NCBI RefSeq assembly: GCF_006345805.1
Contig: NC_043004.1
Location: forward strand, 73,408,001 to 73,472,000
Length of the DNA stretch: 64,000 bases
DNA from: Octopus sinensis
Taxonomy: Eukaryota
Direction: 5' to 3'
Both the position numbers and the translations under genes were made by a program. This document shows, piece by piece, positions 13,926 through 26,390 of the stretch (the first letter of the stretch is position 1; each line of letters starts with the position of its first letter). The notes beneath the pieces were generated by a model. It saw nothing but the letters and a program-made list of their open reading frames with translations, was not told the origin of the DNA and ran no database searches.

Positions 13926-14137
13926 TTTTTTACTTGGTTCAGTCAATTGACTGTGGCCAAGCTGGAGCACCGCCTTTAATCGAGCAAATCACCTCCAGGA
14001 TTTATTCTTTGTAAGTCTAGTACTTATTCTATCGGTTACTTTTGCCGAACTGCTAAGTTGCTGGGATGTAAACGCACCGGCATCGGTTGTCAAGCGATGT
14101 TGGGGGAACAAACACAGACATAGACACACACACATAT

Positions 14138-14231
<94 letters not shown>

Positions 14232-14415
14232 ATGTATATATATATATATATGCGACGAGATTCTTTCAGTTTTCGTCAACCAAATCCACCCACAAGGCTT
14301 TGGTCGGCCCGAGGCTATAGTAAAAGACACTTGCCAAGATGCCACGCAGAGGGACTGAACCCAGAACCATGTAGTTGATAAGCAGGCTACTTACCACACA
14401 GCCACTCCTGCGCCT
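13926..14415 (-). mobile_element. SINE family B, full length
   Basis: On the minus strand: head aggcgcaggagtggctgtgtggtaag..., a CORE-like segment cttggcaagtgtc, an internal (TA)/(CA) microsatellite and tail ...gactgaaccaagtaaaa. Confidence 0.9.
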
Positions 14416-14457
14416 GTTGTTGCTATTGTTATTATTATTATTATTGTTGTTGTTGTT

Positions 14458-14860
14458 AAGGCGGTGAGCTGGCAGAAACGTTAGCACACTGGGCGAAATG
14501 CGTAGGCGTATTTCGTCTGCCGTTACGTTCTAAGTTCAAATTCCGCCGAAGTCGACTTTGCCTTTCATCCTTTCGGGGTCGATTAAATAAGTACCAGTTA
14601 CGCACTGGGGTCGACGTAATCGACTTAATCCGTTTGTCTGTCCTTGTTTGTCCCCTCTGTGTGCAGTCCCTTGTGGGTAGTAAAGAAATAGGTATTTAGT
14701 CTGTCTTTACGTTCTGAGGTCTAATTCCGCAGGTGGACTTTATGCTTCATCCTTTCGGGATCGTTAGATTAATTACCAGTTACGCACTGGGGTCGATCTA
14801 ATCGACTAGTCCCTTCCCCCCAAATTTCGGGCCTTGTGCCTAAAGTAGGAAAGATTATTA
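14458..14860 (+). mobile_element. Dimeric SINE family A (full monomer plus 5'-truncated monomer)
   Basis: Junction aaagaaataggtatttagtctg at 14682-14703. The same junction occurs at 28461-28482 (minus) and 60366-60387. Confidence 0.85.
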
Positions 14861-15774
14861 TTGTTGTTAAGGCGGCGAGCTGACAGAATCGTTAGCACGC
14901 CGGACGGTATGTTTAGCGGTATTTCGTCTGTTTTTATGTTCTGAGTTCAAATTCCGACCTATGTTTGCTAACCTCACTCACGCCTTAGAGGGCAGTCCCC
15001 CTCTCTCCACTATTGTCTTTTTCAATGAAGAAAGACGAAGTAAAACCAAAAGACCGCTTCTCTACCGCTATATATATTGTGAATAAAGAGGGAAAATAGA
15101 GTTAGTGCGAAGCACGTTGCTGTATATTACTGGTATCATGTTATCAACTGCATATGGAAGGATATTTTGCAATGGGTAATCTATTTTAAAATTTCTGTTA
15201 TATGACTAAAACAAAACATTTCTGCCTTCAAAGAAGTTATCAGAGATATATAACAAAGACTCGAATAACTTAGTGTGAGCGCGTTTGTTTCTTTCCGGAA
15301 ATGATAAATCTATATGTATATGTTTCGGCATTCACAAAATATCTCGCTAATTATCAAGTCATTTGTCAAACAAAAACTGGTAAACCGTGTTTTATTTTCC
15401 TTCAATTACTGTTTCCCTATTTACCCCAAGATTCAGGAATAAAATAATACCATTGCGGCTTCCATGTTTGGCATTAAATTTCCTTTATACTGCAGCAAAT
15501 AACAGTTTGCTATCTTTCCAACAGGCTCTTGAAGCTTACTCTAGAATACATCTTATTTATTGTCTATTGTTCCATTTGCAGGATTGTTAACGTTATTTCT
15601 TTTAAGAACTGAAGTACGAAAATGTATTAAGTGTGAAAGAAGGAAGTTCTTGAATTGCATTTCGGAAAAGGATGATGCTCAAGTGGACAGAGAAAGGAGT
15701 GGTAAGAATACAAGATTTGTTTATCAATCAGTTCAAGAAATCATGGGCACAACAGAAACTATCAAAGTGTCGGC

Positions 15775-15990
15775 TGTTCTCTGACAAGTTTAGAGTCGAA
15801 CCTGTGGCAGTGGAGACCCCCCCAACATTGTCGACTTCAAGACTACATCCTCAAGACCACGTCAATGCTCATCGTTATCAGGATGCGAGTCCCGTGAGTC
15901 ACAGTGGCTGTTCCAGCGTATCTCCCTCGTCATCCTTCGAGGCTACACCTTTTCCATTTTGTCCGCTGGGACAATGAGGTGGACTGACAA
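15775..15990 (+). mobile_element. Relic of a CRE-like non-LTR retrotransposon C-terminus (restriction-like endonuclease region)
   Basis: Frame-shifted peptides SDKFRVEPVAVET and RESQWLFQRISLVILRGYTFSILSAG resemble the CRE-clade motifs F.P.AVET.G and E..FLFQR.S.A.QRGNA.SIL.T (recalled from family knowledge). Confidence 0.6.
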
Positions 15991-16117
15991 AACTTTTTAG
16001 ATATTTCTTTTCTGCAAGGAAAAGGAAAGTTATGATGATTTAGGCAGGGCTCTTCATTAAGCTTCAATATTATTTGCCATAAATTTTTTGTCAGAAATAT
16101 TTGTATAGATAAATGAA

Positions 16118-16348
16118 AGGCGTCGAGCTGGCAGAAACGTTAGCACGCCGGGCGAAATGCGTAGCCGTATTTCGTCTGCCGTTATGTTCTGAGTTCAAAT
16201 CCCGCGGAAGTCGACTTTGCCATTCATCCTTACGGGGTCGATAAATTATGTACCAGTTACGCACTGGGGTCGATGTAATCGACTTAATCCGTTTGTCTGT
16301 CCTTGTTTGTCCCCTCTGTGTTTAGCCCCTTGTGGGTAGAAAAGAAAT
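16118..16348 (+). mobile_element. SINE family A, young full copy with a 23-bp TSD
   Basis: aaatatttgtatagataaatgaa (16095-16117) versus aaatatttgaatagataaatgaa (16349-16371), 1 mismatch. Confidence 0.92.
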
Positions 16349-17600
16349 AAATATTTGAATAGATAAATGAATAAATATATAAATTTTTAAACAAAAATAA
16401 TATGCAGAACAAACTGTCATAGTTTCATTACATCTGATGTTAAATTCTTACGTTTTGAATAAAAAGTCTTATGTAGTATATTAGGAATCGAGTGACAAGA
16501 GATTGCGACCAACGCGAGATGGGGAATGGCTGAAAGAACTCCAATTCATAAGACTGTCGTGACAGAAATGGGTAGGAAACATCTACAGACATGATGGAAT
16601 CGCATCTGTTATTCGAGATGTACCCTGTTGATCAACAGATTGCAGAAGGAGAGAGAGAAATACTGGTAAGGACAAGGCGTCGAGAAGCGATGAAAGAATA
16701 TCATGGTGACTCGACGGCAATGAGACAAAGTCGGTGTGTTTGGCGAAAATTCGTCTAATGCGAAACATTTAGGACATATATTAACATATATAAATTGATA
16801 CATTAACATTTACTCTTTTATTAATAAAGATATATAGAATGTAATATTACACACGGACACGCACGCATTAATATATCCAGTTAAGATAGATGCAGATATG
16901 TTTACGTACAAATGGATATGTCAGAGAGCAAGTAATGAAACTAGGAATTCTCGTACACAACAGGATTAGGAAGAACGTTGTGTTGGATGCGAACTGCTGA
17001 TCGTTCATTGCATTCAAGTTGAATATATCCAAAGAAATATAATTAATAAAGAGTCAGTTACGTAATTAATATGACGAGTGATTATGTAGATTAAGAATAA
17101 AACGCTAAGTCGAACTTGATCACAGGAATTAATTTTTTTCAAAATTAAGCCTAGATTCGTTCGACGGTTTTCGTATATATATTAATGTAGAATTATATTA
17201 GGGTGAACAGGATACACAATAAGTTCGTAACTGTACACGCACATATATATATACATAAACATGTGTGTGTGTGTGTGAATATGAATGTTTTCAGTTTGCA
17301 TAGGTAAGCATGTATGTAGAAAAACATGTTGATAACAACAATAACGATGATGATGATGATTATTTTCTAATAATCTTATTTGGTTCAAGCCTGTGATGCC
17401 AACAGCTAAATCAAGCTTAAGGCGTTTGGTAATTAAAAGATACAGTTAATTATAAAAGGTTTTCCTTTTCTTTTGTTCAATCCTTTCTTGGAAATATGAT
17501 ATCTAAAAGCTATATTGTTTACAGGATATAGACAAATGAATGTGAAGAAAGGTTGGGGAACATGATCATAGTTATTATTATTATTATTGGTGGTGGTGGA

Positions 17601-17636
<36 letters not shown>

Positions 17637-17647
17637 GGTGGTGGTGG

Positions 17648-18300
17648 TAGAAGGCGAGCTGACAGAATCGTTAGGACTAAATGCCTAACGCATTTCGCCT
17701 GTCTTTATGTTCTGAGTTCAAATTCCACCGAGGTTGAATAGGCCTTCCATCCTGTTGGGATCGATAAATTAAGCACCATTTGAATACTGGAGATGATGTA
17801 ATCGATTTCCCCTCCCGCAAAATTTCAGGCCTTGTGCCTTTTGTAGAAAGGATTATTATAATTTTTGGTAATAGTAGTAGTAGTAGTAGTAGTAGTGGAA
17901 GGCGAGCTGCCAGAATCGTTCGGATAAAATGCTTAGCGATATTTCGTCTGTCTTTACGTTCCGAGTTCAAATTCCGTCGCAAGTGATTTTACCTTTTCTC
18001 CTTTCGGGGTTGATAAAGAAATACCATTTGAGCATTGGCGTCGGTCTAATCGACAAACTCCTTCCCCTTAAAATATTTCAGGCTTTGTGTCTAGAGAAGA
18101 AAGGATTATTATTAGTAGTAGAAGTAAAAACAGCAGCGCTGGCAGAATCACCAGCCTGTCGGACAAAGTGATCAGTTTTACGTTGAGTTCAAATTCCGCC
18201 GAGGTAGACTTTGCCTTTCATCCTTTCGGGGTCGTGGGGGGTCGATGTAATCGACTTGTCTCCACATCTCAAAATTGTTGGACTTTTGCCAAAATTTGTA
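17648..18300 (+). mobile_element. Head-to-tail chain of three SINE family A copies separated by (AGT)n/(ATT)n tails
   Basis: Copies start at about 17648, 17897 and 18128. Confidence 0.85.
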
Positions 18301-18441
18301 ACCGTGTTGATTCTTTGAATTCTTATGAACTACAATTACGTCAATTATTTCCCTCTATGTTTGGTGTATTTTTTATTTTATATTCTATGTATTGTTTTCT
18401 CGCATGAGCTCTTTAAGAACTTAACATTTACAACAGACTTC

Positions 18442-19069
18442 GGATCTTTACCCTTTGACCGACAGATTTAAAAAATAATTTTTTGTAACTAAACACTTTC
18501 AAACTTCGGACACTGGTAGAATGTGTCATATAAAACATCTTTTACTCTTAGCAGTTTTGAGAAAAACTTAGGTTTACGAAGTTATTTCACGTTAAAGTTG
18601 TCCTATTTCGGTAATTTCAACCAATCAATGACGTGTATTCAGCTGAATAAAATTACTGCCGTTGTTTGTCAACAACAACTATCGGTGGTGTTTTTTCGTT
18701 TGTCACTGTTATTTATGACATCGTTCATGCGTTTGTACTGGTTTTAGCTTTAAGATTTTAGGGTTAGGATTAGGGTTTTAGGGTTAGGGTTGTCATAAAT
18801 AACAGTGACAAACGAAAAATACACCGCCAAAAGTTCTTGTTGACAAATAACAACAGTAATTATATTCAGCTGAATACACGTCATTGATTGGTTGAAATTA
18901 CCGAAATAGGACAATTTTAACGTGAAATAACTTCCTAAATGTAAGTTTTTCTCAAAAATGCTAAGAGTAAAATATGTTTTATATGACACATTCTACCAGT
19001 GTCCGAAGTTTGAAAGTGTTTAGTTACAAAACTTATTTTTTAAATCTGTCGGTCAAAAGGTAAAGATCC
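18442..19069. mobile_element. Foldback/MITE-like element: 279-bp inverted arms around a 70-bp spacer with TTAGGG repeats
   Basis: Arms at 18442-18720 and 18791-19069 (ggatctttacc...ggtaaagatcc). The mirror ORFs at 18523(+) and 18989(-) both translate as MSYKT.FTLS.FEKNL. Confidence 0.9.
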
Positions 19070-20295
19070 CAGAATTCTTGATAACCGTTTAAAAAAACTG
19101 CAACATTTTTTTCTTGTCGGAATATTTAGAAACCTCTACAAATAACAGGTGTAAAGTGTTGATCGAATTCATTGTTTCACATTCCTAAACCAAGATTAAA
19201 CTTTAGTTTTCATTTTCCTCGAAGTTCGAAAAGTAGGGTATTCGTAATTAGCCCAGAGAGAATGGTTAGTTAGCGAAATCATTAGAACGTTGCGCAAAAA
19301 TGCCTTGCGGGTTTTTGTTACGGCTCCTTGCATTCTGATTTCAAATAACATTAAATCCAACTTTGCCTTTCACTCTGGGAAGCTCAGCATTTTTGTAGAT
19401 CTAATTGACCATACTCCACCTTTAAATTCAATGTATTGTACAGGTATATAAGAAAGCAATAAGCATTACATTTCAGTATTGTTACTACTTACATCTCTTA
19501 TAGAGACTTTAGAACTTGCTACTTTGCTTGTTGCAAGACCAGCGCCTGATTATCGCTTATTTGTTTTTATATAGCGAGTAGGAACGAATGACTGCCATCT
19601 CTAGCAGGTAAATGGCCTTATAGGCTGCCCGGGTTCGTTTCCTTTCTTTGTTTTCGTTTAAAAGAAAGTTCTAGTTTTAGGTAAAAATGAATCATTATAC
19701 AAAATATTTTAAAGTAAACTTTTAACATAACGCTCATTCGAACTCATTTAACATTTTTGTATTTGTTTGTCTTGTTATGTCCTTTTCTATGTACGACCCG
19801 TTTGATCATAATCAAGTTTTTATTTCTAGCAGGTAAATTTCCAGTCCTGAGGAAGGGTAAGACCTTGAAAGCAGTTCTGGTCTACTCGTCTTGTTACACT
19901 AGAAGAGAGTGGTTCGCTCCCTTACTCACAATATATCAGACACAGGTTGAGTGTCGGTAACCTGCTGGAAAAGATATTTTCCTGGGGTTAAAATAGAGTA
20001 ACAAAGTTTTGTATGGAACAACCAGGCTGAAGTGGCGACAAGCATTACTTTCCCATAAAGGGCTTGTTTTTTCATCCTGGATCTGCCTTATTCGAAGAGA
20101 CCTGTTTATTCATTAATTTTTTTTTGTAATAGTGTACCCCGAACTACAGTACACAATGTACCCCAAAATCAGCTTAATCGAACAGATATTTAAATGTTAT
20201 GGGGAGGACGACACGTGACGTACGTTGCTGTATCGAGTTGCAAATCTTTAGGTTCTGGTTCAAATCCCGGCAAAACAACTTTTGTCATTCCCCTA

Positions 20296-20855
20296 CTCTT
20301 CTTTTACTTGTTTCAGTCATGTGACTGTGGCCATGCTGGAGCACCGCCTTTAGTCGAGCAAATCGACCCTAGGACTTATTCTTTGTATGCCTAGCACTTA
20401 TTCTATCGGTATCTTTTGCCGAACTACTAAGTTACGGAGACGTAAACACACCAGCATCGGTTGTCAAGCGATGATGGGGGGACGAACACAGACACACAAA
20501 CATATTCACACGCATATATATATTATAATTATGAGTATAATTATAATTAGGGTTCAGCAAAAATTTGCTTTACCACATACCGAACTTTAGAAATAGCAGC
20601 CAAAAAACTTTAGCTATTTCTTCTACTATAAGAAGAAACTCCGGAAAAACTCCCGGGAGTTTCTTCGTATAGTAGAAGAAATAGCGATTTCTAAAGTTCG
20701 GTATGTGGTAAAGCAAATTTTTGCTGAACCCTAATTATAATTATACTCATAATTATAAAATATTTTTTAAGTTTACCAATAAATGGTCCTTTTAACATGC
20801 CGAATACTATTTGGTGGAATTATTAATTACTAGTTAATTAATTAATGTTACCCTT

Positions 20856-20894
<39 letters not shown>

Positions 20895-20990
20895 TACGAC
20901 GGGCTTCTTTCAGTTTCCGTCTACAAAATCCACTCACAAGGCTTTGGTCGACCCGAGGCTGTAGGAGAAGACACTTGCCCAGGGTGCCAC
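20296..20990 (-). mobile_element. SINE family B, interrupted in its (TA)n tract by a palindromic insertion
   Basis: Tail at 20296-20510 and core at 20890-20990. Unrelated sequence occupies 20523-20850. Confidence 0.85.
20523..20758. repeat. Near-perfect palindrome, 236 bp
   Basis: ttataattatgagtataattataattagggttcagcaaaaatttgctttaccacataccgaactttagaaat (20523-20594) is exactly mirrored at 20687-20758. An inner second stem gctatttcttctactata/tatagtagaagaaatagc is also present. Confidence 0.92.
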
Positions 20991-22544
20991 TTTTCCCTTA
21001 AAAATTGGTAATTGTTCTTAGAATGCCCTATTTAAAGGGCTTAGTGTAATGGTTATGGAGATGTTGATACTGTTATTATTGATAGGGATACCAGTTTTAA
21101 GGGATGTAGCTATTTGCTTATAGTTATTTAGTTCTTTCGTTTATTTAAGTCTGCAGAACTAAAGTCATGTTTGGAGCAAGGGCCTCAAGCTATTTTTTCT
21201 TGTTACGTTTCTAAACAGAAATTTTTTTAAAATTCCAAATCTTGTAAGAAAGTAACAGCTGTCAGACAGAGAACTAAGTTAAGAGGGGCGTCTCTTGAAT
21301 ATACGATAGAAAAAACAACCGAAGATTCTATCAAAACACATGTTAAGCTAATGGAGACGAAAGTGTGACATCGAAATACATGAGAGCTTGTAATAGAGAA
21401 ATAGAGACAGATCGTACGAGACGGCTTCCATTTGCATGCATTTCTGTTATTAATTTAACGAAAACATATCTTACAAAGTATTCATTTAGAACTAGAAATT
21501 ATGTCCGTTAGAGAGTTGATAGAAACCGATTCCAAAAACAATTCTGCCCATTTGTTAAAATGGATATCACTCAAAGACAATTTGGCTGAAAAGTAAAATT
21601 TTCGGTAAAATTGTACCTTGGGCGAAGTGGTTTCGACTACTTGCAGAAACCTTGTGCTTTTCTCTCTTGTTCAAATGATTAACTAATATGATCCGTCTTA
21701 TTTGTATTCCTTAGAATAATGTTTAGTCTTTAGTAAGCTTGTAGAACTCAAAGTTTTTTCTCATTGCTCGTCACGTCAAAGTTTGAGGCTAAAATGTAAA
21801 TATGAAATGCAAAAAAAATTGCATTTCATATTGAATTTTATGAATAAAGGCTTCGCCTCAAACTTTGACGAGACGAGCAATGAGACTGTGATGTTCATAC
21901 CTTTTCTCAAAGATATATAAATATATATACATACATCGCGCGCACACCACTTTATAAATATAAATGTATATACATACATTCGCACGCATACATACGCGCA
22001 CACACACACACACATACATACATGTACACATAATCACGTTTATACCTTAGGCCCTCGAAAAAACACTGAGCAGGTGTTGATGACTATGTATTCTGCATTT
22101 GCAGTCATCAGGTATTAAATCCAGTGTTTGACCACATTTCATAAAAGCTCCCGAACGCACTCACTGATAAAGGTAACGTGTATAAACTTCTATATATACG
22201 GCCAAACGCTTCTATTTCTCAATGTAGAGAGCTGTTACATCCAGGTGAGTCCCAGCCCCTCTCCCAACTCTATGAACCAACGGAGAACCTGTACGTTGAT
22301 CGTTTGATTTGCTAGAAATAGCATTCTTTTCTTCCACAAATCTCATCTTTCCATCTTAGAAATTAGAAAGGGGCATTAGATTATGTTTCATGGATAGACT
22401 AAATCTGGTTAACAAATTACGACGAGGTGGTCACAGTTAAAATGCCGTTGATCATTGTGTCCTGTAGAACGTACGACAAGGGCTAACCAAGAACAACGAC
22501 GGCAACAGTGAGAATTCCTTAACCGCATTTATTAAAGAACTAAT

Positions 22545-22759
22545 TCAGCAGGTGTGTGTGTGTGTATGTGTGTGTGTATGCATGTGTGTGTGTGTGTGTG
22601 GTGTGTGTGTGTGTGTGTGTGTCGGTCCGGGAAATATGCTGTAGATAACTCTTAAATATAATTGTGAATGTGAAAAATCGGCATTCTCCTGCTCATTATT
22701 GTTATACATATGTATAAATATATATACATATATATACACACATATATATACACACACAC

Positions 22760-22790
<31 letters not shown>

Positions 22791-22990
22791 CATATAAACA
22801 TATATACATATATATACACACACACATATATATACACATATATATATACACACACATATATACATATATACATATATATATATATAGACATATACACATA
22901 TATAGACATATATATACATATACATATATATATATACACATATATATACATATATATACATATACATATATATGTACCTACACATGTTTC
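22545..22990. repeat. Compound (GT)n and (CATA/TA)n simple repeats
   Basis: Directly visible. Confidence 0.93.
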
Positions 22991-23781
22991 AACTGCAGCG
23001 ATTGCACACACATATACGTTTGTATGTATTATTAAGCATTTGTAGGATTCATTAGAATCGAGGTATTGTAACATTCAGGACACCAAACGGTTTTTTCATG
23101 ACGTAATCGAATTGTTGATGGATAACAAACGCGTTTGAAACAGCTGTAGTGAACATTAACCCATTTGTGTTCTTGTTTCATGTATGTATGTGTTTAGAAA
23201 ACTGAAGTGTTTTTTTTTTAAAGAATGATGGAGTTCCTTAAAAGACATCAGCTTCGAACTCCTCCGCAGCCCCATCCCATCCCAGACCTAGAACGCGCAT
23301 CTTCTTCCTGATAATGTCTCAGAGAAGTGAAAGCAAAGGTGGTAGTGGAGAATGGCAGAGGGAGGGGAAGAACTCGAAGCCGTTTCAAGTGGAATGGTGT
23401 ACTTAACTGGTTATAATTAGCTGAAAGCCCATCGTCATCAGCTGCCCTCCTCCTCCTCCCTTTCTCCATTCCCTCTCCCACCCATCTCCCCCCTCTCTCT
23501 CTCTTTCTTAGTTGCCAGATTTCAGCTTATTTGTGTTTGTCTGAAAGATTCGACCATCTCAGCCTTTTCCCCTTTCAGGAAGCTGCGTAAATAAACAAAT
23601 ATTACCCCCCCCCCCCCCTCACCGTACAACAGAATAGCACACATTACTGTGTGTATGTGTGTGTGTGTGTGTGTGTATGTATGTGCATGTGTGTATATTT
23701 GTATCTGTGTGCATGCATGTATTCATGTATGTATGTTTGTATATCATATGTCTGAAATGTGTTTACGTGTGTGAATGTGTA

Positions 23782-23834
<53 letters not shown>

Positions 23835-24190
23835 CTGGTGTTGTTATTTTGTTTTCGACTCCTGCCTACATTGCTATCTAATATCATATGTCGGCTACAC
23901 ACACGCATCAGACGATTTTACACGTACACTTACACACACATACACTCATGCATGCATACATACATACATACGCACGTACACAGACATATACATACATATA
24001 TAAATGCACATACAGTCACAAGCGCATACACACAAACATATACTCATGCTCTATTATATACCTTTCCGAACACTTACACACACGCACACATATACACACA
24101 AAACGACATGCACATGTATATCATGAAACACATACAAACACACACAGCATTCTGTTCCCCACAATCTCTCTCTCTCTATCTATCTATCTA

Positions 24191-24227
<37 letters not shown>

Positions 24228-24381
24228 CTATCTCTCTCTCTCTCTCTATCTATCTATCTGTCTATCTATCTATCTATCTATCTATCTATCAATCTATCTA
24301 TTTTTCTATCTTGCGTTGACATCTATCTGTAGACATACGTACTCCTACACTCTTTTATTGTTTACTATTACTCATGTTTTT

Positions 24382-24543
24382 TCCATCCATCCATCCATCA
24401 TCCATCCATCCATCCGTCCATCCGTCCATCCATCCGTCCATCCATCCATCCATCCATCCATCCATCCATCCATCCATCCATCCATCCATCCATCCATCCA
24501 TCCATCCATCCATCCATCCATCCATCCATCCATCCATCCATCC
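24382..24543. repeat. (TCCA)n microsatellite
   Basis: Directly visible, about 40 units. Confidence 0.97.
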
Positions 24544-24694
24544 TAGAGTAATTTACTACGTCTTGTCAAGGCTTTAAGCTGTATTCGAGTAACATTTACG
24601 ACACCCAGAGACAGAGCTGGTTACAACATTGTCGTAAGACATAGGAACGGACTTTCGTCTGGATAAAGGCTCAAACGAGAAAAGATTGTCAACC

Positions 24695-25176
<482 letters not shown>

Positions 25177-25200
25177 GAATACGGATATCAGTGGCCTCTC

Positions 25201-25251
<51 letters not shown>

Positions 25252-25252
25252 A

Positions 25253-25713
25253 CTCATTTATCTTATTACTCTTTAGTAAATGTCTAAATAACATGATATC
25301 CCTCAAAAGCCGTCAGGACCGATCTCAAGCCTCAACATTCATTAGAATCGACGATAGTATTGCATATGTTGGTGCTGTGCTTGAAGCTTAGCATAACGAA
25401 GGAATATTTCAGCGGACTTCGGAGTGAATGCATGTCAGAGCTGTTTTCTCTCTCAAGAAAGCCATATCCCATGAATCATTTGAAGTACTAGTGCTAGTAC
25501 CAACATTTATAATACTAGATTAGATACTTGAAGAAATCTGCAGATTAGATAAGATGATACTAATAACGACTGGTAAGTTCTATATTAACAGTGACACTGA
25601 CAGGATCTATACTAAACGAAGAAATGAAGGCTGAAGCTTGAGATCGATCCTGACGGCCTTTGAGTGATATCATGTCATTTAGACATTTACTAAAGAGTAA
25701 TAAGATAGATGAG
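25253..25713. mobile_element. MITE with about 85-bp imperfect terminal inverted repeats, flanked by TA
   Basis: TA|ctcatttatcttattactctttagtaaatgtctaaataacatgatatccctcaaaagccgtcaggaccgatctcaagcctcaac is mirrored at 25630-25715, ending ...gagtaataagatagatgag|TA. A TA duplication is typical of Tc1/mariner-type MITEs. Confidence 0.75.
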
Positions 25714-25719
25714 TACAAT

Positions 25720-26390
25720 GTGAATATACCCAACAGCAAAGGTTATAACATCGGGAAATTAGGCAAAGGACTCCTGAGTATGTACTTTGAGTGTACAGTC
25801 GTTCCATGTGAACCAAAGGTGGTTGGATTGATCTGGATAAACAGTGACTTGAAGGAAAAATACTCATCATACCAGCAGAAAGTTATGCATGGGTACATAT
25901 CCTGCGGGTTAGAGAATGTCAACAACATCGATAGGAACAGCGGCCTCTTTGGACCTACGATAAGTACATCACATCTGACCTAGAAGGCTATGTTTTTGCT
26001 AGCCAAGAACAGGAGATAACTACTATATATATATATCTGATCGACAACAGAGATAAGGCTGTCTCTAGACCTCCACAATGGGATAGAAAATGTTGACTGT
26101 GCTATATTAATGCGGAAGATATCACTCATATCATCAATAACTGTATAAAAATGACTTGGAGGAGAAACAGTATAAAAACGCCCGCAAGATACTGCCTTAC
26201 CATCAGGAATAGCATTGTCGTTAAAATCATCTGTAATATTAAAGACAATAAGGATGGTGCTGACGGCCATATAAAAGGTAGACCAGAACCAGAATATATC
26301 TACATTTTATAAATAAAGAATAGAGGTGGAACATTCCAATGAAAACAGCAGCCCGGCGTAAGAAGAATATATCAGATATCGTATGCTGTA
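25720..26390 (+). mobile_element. Decayed R4/Dong-like LINE fragment (RT end, CCHC knuckle, start of RLE domain)
   Basis: Broken frames give YQQKVMHGY, DKYITSDLEGYVFASQEQEITT, CYINAEDITHIINNCIKM and WNIPMKTAARRKKNISDIV. These match the EG..FAIQEQ, E.I.HI...C and HNRPDI motifs. Confidence 0.7.

Noticed and set aside
18523-18989. Pair of similar ORFs MSYKT... on opposite strands as duplicated genes
   Set aside because: A mirror artefact of the foldback element's inverted arms.
22085-22118. Minus-strand CUGAUGA followed by hairpin cugc-aaau-gcag
   Set aside because: It is followed by AAUAC or GAAUAC rather than GAAA, and there is no stem I or III. Probably chance.
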